Below, in pieces: positions 23,297 through 36,097 of a stretch of 64,000 bases of DNA. The DNA comes from Felis catus (Eukaryota), in NCBI RefSeq assembly GCF_018350175.1, contig NC_058373.1, forward strand, positions 106,828,001-106,892,000, given 5' to 3'. The first letter of the stretch is position 1; the number at the start of each line of letters is the position of its first letter. Made by a program: the position numbers and the translations under genes. The notes under the pieces were generated by a model that saw only the letters and a program-made list of their open reading frames with translations, did no database searches and was not told the DNA's origin.

Positions 23297-26200
23297 GTAA
23301 TGAAGGTGGAGGAGGAAGAGTTGGATCTCATTCTGCTTGACTTTGTGACTCTTGAGTAGTGAGTGACTGACTTCAGTGGGAAAGGATGGATGGCTGAGGG
23401 GAGGGGAATTCTCAGGCGCTTCCTAGAGGGGTCACTTAAAGGGCGACCCTTATTTTGAGAGGCCCAAGCCAGGATGTCTCTTGGGTGACTCTCCTGGGTG
23501 GATTCACAATAGTAATTTGGGAACAAGTGATTTGACCTTCACTTTAAATTACGATTGTGGAGGGAAAGAAGAGAGAGTGTTATTGTTAACCAGACTGAGC
23601 TTCAGACTCCTCACCTCGGCCCCCACCCCCATCCTCACCGCATGCCTCCCAATTACTAGGCTAATCACATACAGTTAAATTCAGGACTTGAAAGCCCATC
23701 TTTCAGAAAATCTTCCTCTTTGGTAACTGTAATGTAAACAGATTTCTGACGCAGAGTAGGATTGTGTTGTACCTATAAAAATTACTAAAAAACAATTATG
23801 GGAATATATGCTCACTGGTGTTTCACAGAAACTCACTATGAACATCCCAAATATGTGTAGGAGGCCCAAGCAAAGCCTTTAGTTCAGACGAAAAGAGAAC
23901 TTTTAACTCTCTTTTTTCAATGTCCTTTCCTCCCTTCTAAATAGTTGGGTTTTGCCCATAGCATATTTAGGAAACATAATATTTAGTATAATAATAAGGA
24001 GGGGGATATTATAAGATCGAGCATATTTATTCAGACAATACTAAGATATCTTTGTTCCAAACTTTAAAATGTTAGCTTATAACCCATGAGTTTCCTAGTT
24101 CATACCAAAATGTCCCTGCAAGCTGTATCCAGAAATAAGAAATAGTAGGAAGGTACAACTTTATCAGCAGTCTGTGGTACACTGTGCAGCCTTCTTCAAA
24201 ATCTCTTTATGCTCATATTTTCTATTTTTCTGCCTCTTCTGCTCTAATTGACCCAGATTCTCCTCCAAGTGTAGAACAGAGAGAAGAAAGATATGGGAGC
24301 CTGAACGAAGGAAGCAGAAAGATAGGAAAGCCCTTCAAGTTCACTGTGGTCCACTACTGCCATTGGCTGTCCGGGCTCTGCCTTATGAATAAGAAAATTT
24401 GTTTTCCAAGGGCACTTCAAATGGTGGTTGCCACATGGGCTTTTCAGTTTCAGAATGGTAATGAGTCCACTAGCATGCAAATCATGCTGTTACTTGTCTG
24501 AAGTATTAAGGATTTCAATACAGAACAGTTTCAAAGATCTTTGATCTAATTTCCTTTTTTTTTTTTTTTTTTTTTTTTTGGCAAGTGTATGGAGAAGCAA
24601 TTAGGAAATGTGTCCTCAGATGATACTGGGACCAAATGCATAAGTGAATTTTATTTTCACGTTGTATACCTGGAAAAGATCCATCGTCATCTTACTCTAA
24701 GAAATTCAAACACCATAGATATTGGGTAGAGTGACTTTTGGGTTCCTTGAAGAATGGGCCTCCCAGTGACTATTTGGTGATACTGTTTTATCCTGTTGTC
24801 AGGTTCCAGGCCTAAACGTGAAAGGAACAGAAACTTCCTCAAAAAAAGTCATGTAGAAAAAATTGGAAATGCCTTTCACAGCTTCAAAAACAGCTAAGTG
24901 TTCGTTGAATGACAAAAAGAAAAAAATAGATTGCTTTTTGATCTAGGAGGTGTGGGGCAAAGTGGTTTTAGGAGATAGTAAGTAGCAATGTAAAAATTGC
25001 TACAGTGAGTTCCTCAGATAAAAACGGATAGGACTCATCACATACTAACCTTTTTATTGGCCAGAACACAATTTGGTTAATATTTTCAGGTGTTCTTTTT
25101 AAAGTACCTGCCTCCTCCACTGAACTATTTGGTTTTTCTTTGTAGATACAAGAGCATCTTTTTAAAACGCGGATCTTGCTTTTAAACTTCTCTTCCAGCA
25201 AATGTGGTATAGGTCAAATCCCTGAACAGGTTAAGCCTCTGACAAGAAAGGGAAAGGCACCCCAGCCAATGGGAACTCGTGCTGGTGATGTACTGCTCCC
25301 AGTTCTGATTCATTGGCCGCCTAGGGTTTGTCATTCTATCCCGGCGTCTGCAAACAGCGTGGGTCGGTTTTCCGTAGACCAGCTAGCTAAACTGGATTGT
25401 GGCCGCCTGCATGTGCAGTTTCAATTAGGTTCAGTTGATCTCTAACTCTTAACAGAAACAGCTGTTACGTTTCTGATTATCCTCCAGATTTTGAAAAATC
25501 TTTAGTTCTTTAAACCTCGCTGGAGGTCGTAGGAGGTCCCCTGTGACAGAATCACGTGACTGTCTAACATGTGCAAATAAATACAATGTGGAATCTGATG
25601 ACCTACAGATGGAAAACCTGCCAGAAACTCAGAGCATGTGCCCCGTGTATCGGTTGCATTCGCGTGTGAATGGGTGGTTGTAGGGTGTTGCTGCCCTTCG
25701 GGACTCGAGGTGTGTTGTAGCAGAAGCACCTGCGTGGGGCTCCCAGGGTCACTGGTGAGGGTGGCTTAGAGCCCAGGGGGAGGGGGTCTGGCCGCAGCCT
25801 GTATCCAACAGTGCGTTTAAACCACAGCAGCGAGGCGGCAACCAGGCCGCGACTGCGCCGGAAAGAGGTCGGTCCTCGGTGCTCAGAGAACGGCGTCTCT
25901 GCAGGGAGTGGGGTGTGTATTTAATACAAGTGGAAGCGCCGGGGCGGGAGGAGCCGACGCCCTAAGGGGGAGCTCCCGAGTCCCGGCTGGACAGACTGTC
26001 GGGCTTGGAGAAGCTCTCGACGGCCGGGGCGCCTTACACTCACACACCCTGTCCAGCCCCCAACGCCGGGGGCATAAGGACCCCAGTGCCGGTTCTGATC
26101 CGGCATTCGGATGCTCCGTTCGGCCTTCGCCTGGGGCCCTGGCCGCGAAGGGGCTGCGGCGAGAGAAGCAGGGTAGGGCAGTGATGTCATCTGCGGCCGC

Positions 26201-26377
26201 CCCTCCCCCGCCTGCCGGCCCTCGCCGCAGTTCCTGCCCAACGACATCCGGGTCTCTCCAGCTGCTCCGCCGCGCCGCAGCTGTAGCGGCCGCTGAGCCG
26301 CCGGGGCGGGGCTGACAGAGGAGTCGGGGAGGGGCCGCACGGCGCCGTCGTGAGCGCGCCTGCGCGGGGACGCGCTC

Positions 26378-26804
26378 GAGGCGGCGGTGGCGGCGGCGCT
26401 AGGGACGGGAGCGCGCGCGGGAGCGAGGGAGCAGTGGTCTCGGCGCCGGCCCGGCCCGCAGCTTCGGGTGCTCGGGCGGCTGCAGCGCCAGAACGGGTGG
26501 TTGGGGAGGGGGGGTGGGGGGGCGCCAGGCAGGTGGGGCGCGAAAGCGATGAATCTTTGGCTCTTCCTCCTCCTCCTCCGGGACCCGCTCTCCGCCTCCC
26601 GCTCCAACGCCCGGATGATCTGAGTCGCGAGGGCGCCGAGAGCCGGGGGCCCGGACGCAGCCCGGCTCCTCCCCTCCTCCGCCCCCTCCCCGGCCTGACC
26701 TGGCCGGCGGCCGCCGCGGTGACCCCCTTCCAGCCCCCTCCCCGGCCGCCGTCGCCGCCGCTGCCTTGGCCGACCAGGGACCTGCCCGCCCGCGGCTGCT
26801 CCGG
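26378..26804 (+). other. PPM1A: PPM1A non-coding exon 1 (5' UTR); 5' boundary approximate
   Basis: Lies inside the CpG island and ends at a consensus donor CCGG|gtaagc (26804/26805). The predicted junction ...GCTCCGG|ACCTAG... resembles the mammalian PPM1A 5' UTR as I recall it. The TSS cannot be fixed from sequence alone. Confidence 0.8.
26549..26623 (+). other. uORF in the PPM1A 5' UTR: MNLWLFLLLLRDPLSASRSNARMI*, containing a nested ATG-ATC-TGA
   Basis: ATG at 26549 (gcgATGa), second in-frame ATG at 26615, TGA at 26621-26623, all inside predicted exon 1. Translation is not shown by the sequence. Confidence 0.6.
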
Positions 26805-29800
26805 GTAAGCGCGACGCTTGGGCCGAGGGCGGGCGGGCGGACGGCGCGGGCCTGCGCGGCGGCGGTGGCGGCCAGGCCTGGGCCTGGGGCCTGTAAACAA
26901 GCCGGGCGTCTGCCCGGGCGCTCCCGGGAGGAGACACGACAACTCCACCCCCTGGCCCGGCCTCCTTCCCGAAGCCGGGCGGCGGGCGGCGAGGGGTTAA
27001 CGCTCCGCGAGGGCGGTGGCGGCTGGGAGGCGGGGGCGGAGTGTTGGTGGCGGCGGCGCGGGGAGGGGGCGCGACCCTCCCGCCGCCGAGGCCGGGCGGG
27101 TGTTCGTGGCCGCGACGCGGGCGAGGGCCGCAGGCCATCCTGGCTCGAGAGCGGCGGGCGGAACTTTTTTTCCGGGGCGAGGAGTGGGGCGTCGCGGCGC
27201 CCGCCCCCTCCCCCCCCCCCGCCCCTGCCCGCCGGGCCGCCCAGGGCTCCAACCCCTGGGAGGGAGGCCGGGAGAAAGAAGGGGGTTGGCTTCCTCTGGA
27301 CCGGACTTAGCCTCGAGGCACCAAATTCTGGACGGTTTGCTTCAGGTTTATAGGGGGCTGAGCTGAGAGTGAGGCTCTTTCTGAACTCCAGTCTGTGATG
27401 CCTCCAGTTCATTCATTATTAAGGCATCGAACAAATGCATTGGAGTAAATCACACTGATTTCTTCTCGTATTTTTAACTGTGTAAATTGGTAAAAGTTCT
27501 TAACGTCAGTTTGATGGTTGAGGTATGGTTCTGTTCTGCCTGTAGATTTTAAATATTTTCTTGAAAGACAGCTGGCTGTGGAGAGCCTTTTAGCAACCGC
27601 AGTTTAGATACGTTTTGAACATTTCATCACCCACCTGAGGTCTTTTTCCTTCTCTCTTCTCAAGCACCGCATGGGACTTACAGATCCACAAAGGTCGTTC
27701 TTAAGTTGTCCAAAGAAATCTGCGCCGCCCCTCCCCTCCCCACTGAATTTTCTGCTAATTGGAATAATGAGCCGAATGAATTGTAAGAAGTGATTGGAAG
27801 AGTAATGGGAGGTGTAAAAATCAGTGGGATATAGGTATTAGAAATTCGAAATTAAAAAAATGGTTCTGAGGAAAAAGGCTTAATCTTTTCAAACTCGCAC
27901 GATGGGATTTTAAACACAACCACTTTTTTTTTTTTTTTTTTTTTTTTAAGATGCAAAGAGCTCTGAAGAGTCAGGATTTATTTATTTAAACTGTACTCTG
28001 CTGAGCTTTCTGAGTTCCAGAGCTCACAGGAGTCCAACTGGGCTTACTCCCCAATTCCTCTCTAATTGGAACAACTTCACTTTTACAGCTTTTATCTTTT
28101 TAACATATTGGGCCTTTTACAAATACTGCATTTCTGTAACTCTTTACAGAGTAGAAAACTGATTAGAGAGATGGTGACCCACCCCACTGCCTGTTTTCTA
28201 ATCCTAGATGTTACCTTTGATTTAATGTTTCTTTGGTCAAAAAATTGAAGCCCAGAGTCACATCCCTGGCCTCGTGTTGTAGTTCTGTTCTTATGTATAA
28301 CTCACATATGTCTGAATAAACATTCAGTCATGTAGGGATGATTACTTTTAAGTTGCAGGTTGCAGCCATTAATGAGAACTTCACGTGGAAGTTGCTTAAG
28401 ACATTTTCGATTTGATATCCTCAAACATTTTTCACCTCAGTGAAGTAATTTTATTATGGGAGGGGTATATTAAGACCAGTAAGGTTTGGCTAGCTATCTC
28501 AGATTATATTTGAGAAATAACTGTGTTAAATGCTGGCGTCATCAAAATTTCTTTTTTGGTGGAAATTTACATAAATTTGTTTTCACATTCTTTTTTAAAA
28601 CACGGGTTGTATTTTTTTATATTTTAGATTGAAGGGCTGAAGTGATCATAATTACAATATAACCTGTTGAAGGGAACACTGCGCTGGGAGATAAGAAATG
28701 TTTAGTCATGGCTGTGCTCCAAAATATCTGTGTCCATGGACAAATCCTTTAACCTTTTGAGTCTCAGCTTTTGCATATTGGTAAAGCTAAAGTGGTATAC
28801 TGTATTGTCAAATGCATGCCCAGTTGTTAAATTTTTTTATTCTGTTAACATTGCCTATTCAGTATGCCTTGACCATACCAGGCATTTAGATGTTTCAGTG
28901 TTCTAAAGATGTGTGTTACTTAGAAATAAGTGTCTTAATTAAAAGAATTTTAAATTTGTGATTCTTCTTTAGGGAAGATAGTCCTGTAGGTAGGCTTTAT
29001 TGATTTTTCTGTTGGGATTGGGAAGTCTAGAAAAACTCTTAGGAGAAAAGAGGAAGGAAGAACTCGTAGGTCGGAGACAGGGGGTGGTTGAGACTATAGG
29101 CTTGAACAAGCACAGGACCCTGGGTAGTTTGATGTGAAGGGCATTATAAGAACACATTATATCTTTCTGTGAGTTCAGGCTGGGTCTTGCTATCTTGACT
29201 TGTTAATAAACCTTTGTGTGAAAATTTGTTTCCTAATACCTAACTTTTTTCCAAAGGAATCTATAGCAACATCATGTTGTCACATTGTAAACATTGCTAA
29301 ACAGTTACCAAAAACTTACAGTCTTTGAATTTGTTCACATTATGCCTAGACTGTATAATGGCCAACAGAATGTGTAGCTGATTCTGGTTTAACTATGAAT
29401 GTTTATTTAATAATTTAAAGACTGACATGTCCACAGAGAGCTTATTATCCTTGAAGTGTTCACGCATGAGAGCTGGATTAATTTCTTAAGGTGTAAGTCT
29501 ATGATCATGTAGAAATAATTAATTATAGGGTGATATTTTGATGATCCCCCTCCTCCTCCTTCTCCCCCCCCCCCCAATGATTATCGAACTCTTGCCTGAG
29601 CACCTGCCTCTGAGTGGTACTGATTACTTTCCGTCCTTAGATCAGAGAAGTGAGGCAGCCATGTAAGAAAATTGGCTCAAGTGGAGTCCTATAAGAGTTA
29701 AGCAAGAAGATAAAACAAGGTGTGGCCCTGTGAAATATGTGGACGATGGGTGAAGGGAAGGTGTGAGGCAACTGGGCAAAAGTTTGTTTCTTCTTGTACC

Positions 29801-31779
29801 TTGGGTAGTAATTTTATGCCAGAATGTGTTCTTACATTTCAAATAATGTTGGTGGCAAAATTTTTAAAATTCAGTTGCTTCATCTATTATTGCATTATTA
29901 ACCAAGAAATTCAATGAATTTCTATCTGGGATGACGAACTGCCCTAATATGAAAGGAGCTTGGGTTAAATGATATCAAAATCAAAAGGTTGATTATATTC
30001 TTCTTTTGCTCTTTCTAATGTGCTTCATATTACATGAGTAAAGATTTTGTATTTGATTGAGTCTCCAGAATATATTCCTTGATGATTTTGACCTTTGCAA
30101 GTCCTAGCTATCTGTATACTACCTAGATAATCTCTTTACCTAGCTTTTCTTTTGCTGAGGCAGGTAGGAGGAGCTAGAGAAAGTAAAGGTTTAAGAGAGG
30201 TGAGCTTCTGTGTACCTTTATCTAAAATCTAATAGACTTTAGAATTTTTTAAAGAGACTGAGGGAAAAGTACTAGATGTTAATGCGTATTAATAAAGTAG
30301 GCTATTGATACATGTGTTTATAAAATAAGAGATGTTTTAAACATTCCTTGAATGTGTGATGAAGAAGGGAACTTGAGCTTTTATAATTCTTAATATGTTT
30401 ATTTGGAATCCATTGACTGAGTTTATGTAGGATCTGGATTGAAAGTCATTAGAGTTTTTGTCACTGGTATGATTTAAATTAAAATCCTATGAGACCAAAC
30501 TACTTCTAGATAAAGTGAATAATAAAAGCCATAGTTTATTATTTGTCAAGCTTTAATTTTCACCACAACCCTCTAACATATATGATGTTATCTCTGTTTT
30601 ACAAATGAAGAAATACAGACTCAGAACCTAAGTAACATGCCAGAATCAGAACTATGTAGATATAAAAGTATTTTCAAAATCTTCCTAAGTGAATTTGTCC
30701 CAATTAAATGAGCCTTCTTGTTCCTAGGAATCAAAAGTTGAAAAGCTGAATGTTAACACTATGATTCAGATTAAGTCATCCATTACAAGAGTGTCTTCTG
30801 AAAACATTCAGAAGTTAAATTCATTTTGTCATTCCCCAAGTTTCAGAAGTCAACAGAGCTAGACAGTTTTATGTCTTCACCTATCATTGTTCAGGTTGAG
30901 GAATGGAATCAATATTAAATTCTCAAATGGTTGGTATCCTTAATGAAGGATTAAGGGAAATGTTTCTATGTACATACAGTCAATACAACCACATTAAAGG
31001 CTTTAGAGGGGAGAAGGTGGTAGAATTTCCTAGTGGGGTTATTTGGAGCAAGCCACTTGATTTCTCTTAGTTTTCTTTATTTGTCATATGGAAAAGTCTT
31101 TCTCATAAGATATTCTTGAAGATTAAGTGAGATGATTGTGTAAAATACTTCTTCTACCATGAAGAAAGTACTAGATAAATAGTAGCTGCTATTGAGTTTG
31201 TGAAATCTTGAGATACAGGAATAGAGATTTACTGAGTCTTTGAGCACAGTTTTAGCAGTGAACCTGAAAGCCATACTGTAAGAGATTGAGTAGAGACTTT
31301 AGAAGATATTGTAAAGATTGTAGGCATATAGAACTTATAAGAGGTAACGGAAGAGAGTATGATTAGATCTATTTGATTATATGAAGCTGGAGAGGTCATG
31401 GGTTTGGAGTTAGTGGTTAGGTGGGAATAGACAGTTAAGCAGAGGATAAAGAATAAGAGTAATAAAGCAACCGTGAATGTTTAGACTAGAGTGATCAGTA
31501 AGTGAGGAAAGACAAGGGTTGCTATTTTGAAGAGGAGTTACAGTCTATGATTAGAAATGGGCAAGAAGATACTGCTACAGGAAAAAAATGTGAGAGAGTG
31601 AGAAAACTAAATTATTCTAATTAACCAGTTCTTGTTAAAAAAAAAATAGGGAGTCTTTACATAAATATATTAAGGTTTTCAGGTGGCTCCTGTGTCCTTT
31701 AAGGTTGAAAAATTGTATTGAAATACTACAGGTCTTGTCACTTCATACCCAGACCATGGTTTCAGCACTCCAGCTGGTC

Positions 31780-32385
31780 TTTCCCACTTTCATCTTGTGC
31801 TGCATCTCCCTCCCCCATTCTATAAACCATTACAAACCCCGTCCTAATAAACTATTTGCACCATATTATTTCTTTGCTCAGCATACTCAGTGATTCCCTT
31901 TTCCTCCAGAATAAAGTTTAGAAATCTTTGTTGGGCTTTTGACACTTTCCATGACTGAACCTCAGGACTGATCTATTTCAGCCGAACTGGTACACTTTCC
32001 ATCTCTAGAACACACCCTGTACTTTTCTCTCAGTGGATTGTCTGTCACTCATGCTAAGTGGTAGCTTGGAATTCTTGCCCTTCCTTTTTCAGCTTTTGCT
32101 TTCCTCTGTATCAAAGCTCTTTTCTAGTATTTCCTCTCCCACAAAGCCTTCTCTGATCACAATGTTTCATCTCTCATTTCTCTGTACTTCTGTATTCTAT
32201 AGTAGTATCTATTGTATTATTTGTGTGGCTTTAATAGTATACTGCTAGGTGTCTGTGTTGTAATTATAATTGTTCAATTTAATTACAAATTCTGACGGGG
32301 AAAATACAATAGCTTTTTATTATCCTTGAAGCCTACCACAGGACCTTGTGGATAGTAGATACTCAGATATTTTGTAAATATTAGG
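31780..32385 (+). mobile_element. L2 LINE remnant
   Basis: ctttgctcagcatactcagtgattccc...agaataaagtt...aagccttctctgatc...tagtagatactcagatattt. Confidence 0.5.
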
Positions 32386-33333
32386 CACAATCTACCTGAG
32401 AGTGGGAGTGATTGCTTTGGAGGTGGTGGAAAAAGTTAAGAGCTTTCAAGTAGTGGACATTGCTGCTTTTCTTCCTATGTATTATTTTCGTTGAACCTGG
32501 ATATTTAAGTGTGAAGATCATACAAATCAGAAATGTGGGAGAGTTCTTACACTGGTGTAGAAAATTAGGTTGATTGATTCTAGACCTAATGGTTTCATTT
32601 TAATTTCCAGTTAAAGGTTAATAGGACATTCATAATCTTGCATCTCTTTCCAGAGTTATATTTGCAGATATTATGACCTAGGCAACCTTTTAACCGGAGT
32701 GGTGGAATCACAGTAATTAGATGATGTATTAGTTAAAGATGGGAGATAATTCAACTGATTTAATTTAAACCAAAATAAATGTCTAACATTATGAATAGTC
32801 TGTTCATATGAACCTTAAAGCTAAACTTTAAACCATATCAAACTGTTAAACTACTTCCAGTATTTGAAAAATGCATAGTAAAATTTCCTTTATTGAATTT
32901 TAAAATGAATAATTTTATATAGACAGTCTGTGGCTGCTTAGATTCCTTTATTGAGGTATGATACTAATGAGACCAGAATCATAAATTTGATTCTTTGTGT
33001 GCCTTTTAAGTTTTTCTAGCTTTAACATTAGCTACTAACACTGATAGCTAATATTATTGAGCAGTATGCCAGGCATTATCATAGAAAATTTTTAATTACT
33101 ATCTCATTAAATCTTCATATTTCTGTATATGAGGTAGATACTACTGTTAGTTGTATCTTAACAGATGAGGAAATTGAGACAGGTTAAGTTACTTGTTCAG
33201 TTTCACAGCTAGTAACAGAAGCTAAACACATGTCGTTGGACTTCTCATAGTTGTTATATATATGCAGTTTTATTGCTTCTGCTAAAAGAAATTGTTGGCA
33301 GTTGTGATGGTTTAGAAAATCTTTGATTATACT

Positions 33334-34032
33334 GGGGTGCCTGAGCGGCTCAGTTGGTTAAGCATCCAGTTCTTTAAAAAAAAATTTTTTTTTTTGATGT
33401 TCATTTATTTTTGAGAGAGAGACAGCGTTGTGGGGGGAGGGGGGGAGGAGAGGCAGAGAGAGGGAGAAACAGAACTTGAAACAGGCTCCTGGCTCCAGGC
33501 TGTCAGCACACAGCCCGATGTGGGGCTTGAATTCACAAGCTGTGAGATCATGACCTGAGCTGAAGTCAGATGCTTAACCAACTGAGCCACCTACGTGCCC
33601 TGATTAAGCATCCAACTCTTTTTTTTTTTTTTTTTAATTTTTTTTTTTCAACGTTTATTTATTTTTGGGACAGAGAGAGACAGAGCATGAACGGAGGAGG
33701 GGCAGAGAGAGAGGGAGACACAGAATCGGAAACAGGCTCCAGGCTCTGAGCCATCAGCCCAGAGCCCGACGCGGGGCTCGAACTCCCGGACCGCGAGATC
33801 GTGACCTGGCTGAAGTCGGACGCTTAACCGACTGCGCCACCCAGGCGCCCCAAGCATCCAACTCTTGATTTCAGCTCAGGTCATGATCTCACAGTTCGTG
33901 GGATCGAGCCTCACATCGGGCTCTGCACTAACAGTGCTGAGCCTGCTTAGGATTCTCTCTTTCCTTCTCTATCTGCTCTTCCCCTGCTCATGCACGCGCT
34001 CTCTCTTTTTCTCTCTAAATAAATAGATACAA
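33334..34032 (+). mobile_element. Host CanSINE interrupted by two antisense CanSINEs (33375-33600 and 33619-33851)
   Basis: Host TSD agaaaatctttgatt at 33314 and 34033. The internal target aagcatcca(ac/gt)tctt is present three times. Confidence 0.92.
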
Positions 34033-34504
34033 AGAAAATCTTTGATTTTGAAGCTTATAACTACATTTCCATCATACTCAATGAGTGAATCTTGTGATTG
34101 AGCTGGGTCTGAGGTAGACGTGTACACTAAATTTGAAAAGTATAGTGTCATGTGTCACATCATGTCAGCTCTCTTTAGAGCTTTTTACCAAGTACTGGGG
34201 CCACTGGCTGGCTCACGTCCATGGAGTATGTGACCTTTGATGTCTGGATTGTGAGTTTGAGCCCCACTGTTGGAGCTTTTTTTTAAAAGGAGCTTTTTAC
34301 CAAGAACTATTAAATTTTGTTATATAAAAAGAATATAAGATAAAGGCATAATATAACTGGTACCACAAGCCACATGCAATTTTACCTTACTTATGTTCAC
34401 TGCTTTGCAACCCACTGACATGATTTCATCATTCCTTTATTCAAATGAAATTCTTAGTGAATTTAAGAAGAATTCTTAGTGAATTTAAGAATATAGCACA
34501 AGCT

Positions 34505-34722
34505 GGGGCGCCTGGGTGGCTCAGTCGGTTGGGCGTCCGACTTCGGCTCAGGTCACGATCTCACGGTCCGTGAGTTCAAGCCCCACTTCAGGCTCTGGGC
34601 TGATGGCTCAGAGCCTGGAGCCTGCTTCCGATTCTGTGTCTCCCTCTCTCTCTGCCCCTCCCCCGTTCATGCTCTGTCTCTCTCTGTCTCAAAAATAAAT
34701 AAATGTTAAAAAAAAAAAAAAA
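34505..34722 (+). mobile_element. CanSINE
   Basis: Full length. Perfect TSD aagaatatagcacaagct. Confidence 0.93.
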
Positions 34723-35880
34723 AGAATATAGCACAAGCTACCTAATTGGGCTTACAGTAAAAGTTATACTATAAATGGAATATTTCATTATTAAGATTTT
34801 TAAAAAAGAAATCTTTGAAAGCAAGGACCAGGTTTCATTTAAGTAGATGTTCAATATTGGATTGTTTAATCCTTGTAGTCCCCTTGCTTTCTGATGAACA
34901 CATGACAAAGAAAATTGATTGTGAGCCAGAAATATAGCAAACTATGAGAGCATAGGTCACGTACAATCCATTTTAAATTTAGGCTCGTTCTTTTTATTCA
35001 AATCTGGGTTATGACTATCTCGGGCAGGGATGTAGATAGATAAATGGGTTTTTTGTGTGTTTTGAGTCATGCTATATGTAGCTTAATTATTTCTCTTAAT
35101 ATGTTATTCAAGAACTATTCTGGTGTTTCTAAGAATGTAATTCATTACTGACTGAATAAAGGCCTTGGCTTTGTTTGTTTGTTTTTGTTTTTTAAGTATT
35201 GCTCCTTTTCTTTAGTGTGAGTGGTAGAAAAGTGCATCTAATTTGACATTATATCTATAGGAGATGCAACTTGCTTACTTACCTGTGTTACCAAATTTCA
35301 GAAATGAAAATATTAAGGGTAAGCAATGAGTGGCTATATATTGGTTCTTCTCTTGTTTTGCAAACAGGATTGTTTACAAGGTTTACAATTGTTTACAGAT
35401 TGCTTACCAGGCTTTAGAAAACATCTTTGCAGTATGCCATTATGCTTTAGAATGTAAATAGATAGTAAATAAAATTTTCACTATTTAAAACAGTAGTTAT
35501 TATCCCTGCTGAGAGTGTGTAAGCCTGTTTGGGATGTTAGGGGCTGATCTTAGAAATAGCAGATTTTGTTTTGCTGTCAACCCACAACTTAACCCTGTAT
35601 TAATTACTCCATATCTGTCATCTTCATTTTTCTCTATCTATGTAAATGCTTCCTGATAGTATAAGTAAGTACTTCTACTAGTCAGCGGTCTAGTGTGATC
35701 TAATGTAATGGTTTGCTATAGTCAATAGAATAAGGAGCTCCTTAAGTGCAAATGAGATTAATTCATTTTATACAGTAAAACTCCCAGACTAAGTTAAAGA
35801 TACTTTTGTCTAAAATACATTGAAAGTGGATTTCTTAGCTCTCAGAAATTATTCCTTTGTGTCTAAATTACCTTGTACTT

Positions 35881-36097
35881 GAGGTGCCTGGGTGGCTCAG
35901 TCGGTTAAGCGTCCTGCTTCGGCTCAGGTCATGATATCACGGTCCGTGAGTTCGAGCCCCGCGTCGGGCTCTGTGCTGACAGCTCAGAGCCTGGAGCCTG
36001 TGTCAGATTCTGTGTCTCCCTCTCTCTCTGACCCTCCCCCATTCATGCTCTGTCTCTCTCTCTGCCTCAAAAATAAACATTAAAAAAAAATTTTTTT
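35881..36097 (+). mobile_element. CanSINE
   Basis: Full length. TSD aattacctt(g/a)tactt. Confidence 0.92.

Larger units (their letters stand above)
25830..27330. promoter_or_regulatory. CpG island / TATA-less PPM1A promoter
   Basis: Abrupt rise in GC and CpG density. Contains several GC boxes (GGGCGG), ETS-like CCGGAA (~25858) and ACATCCGG (~26243), and CRE-like TGATGTCA (26182-26189). An upstream E-box ATCACGTGAC lies at 25551-25560. Confidence 0.9.

Noticed and set aside
26700..26804. Non-AUG N-terminal extension of PPM1A from exon 1
   Set aside because: An in-frame TGA at 26720-26722 closes the frame, and I saw no convincing in-frame start codon after it.
25908..27412. Long overlapping ORFs (443, 337, 253, 195 aa, etc.) on both strands of the CpG island
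   Set aside because: Low-complexity Arg/Pro/Gly/Ala translations are expected where high GC depletes stop codons. They occur in several frames at once and show no recognisable domain.
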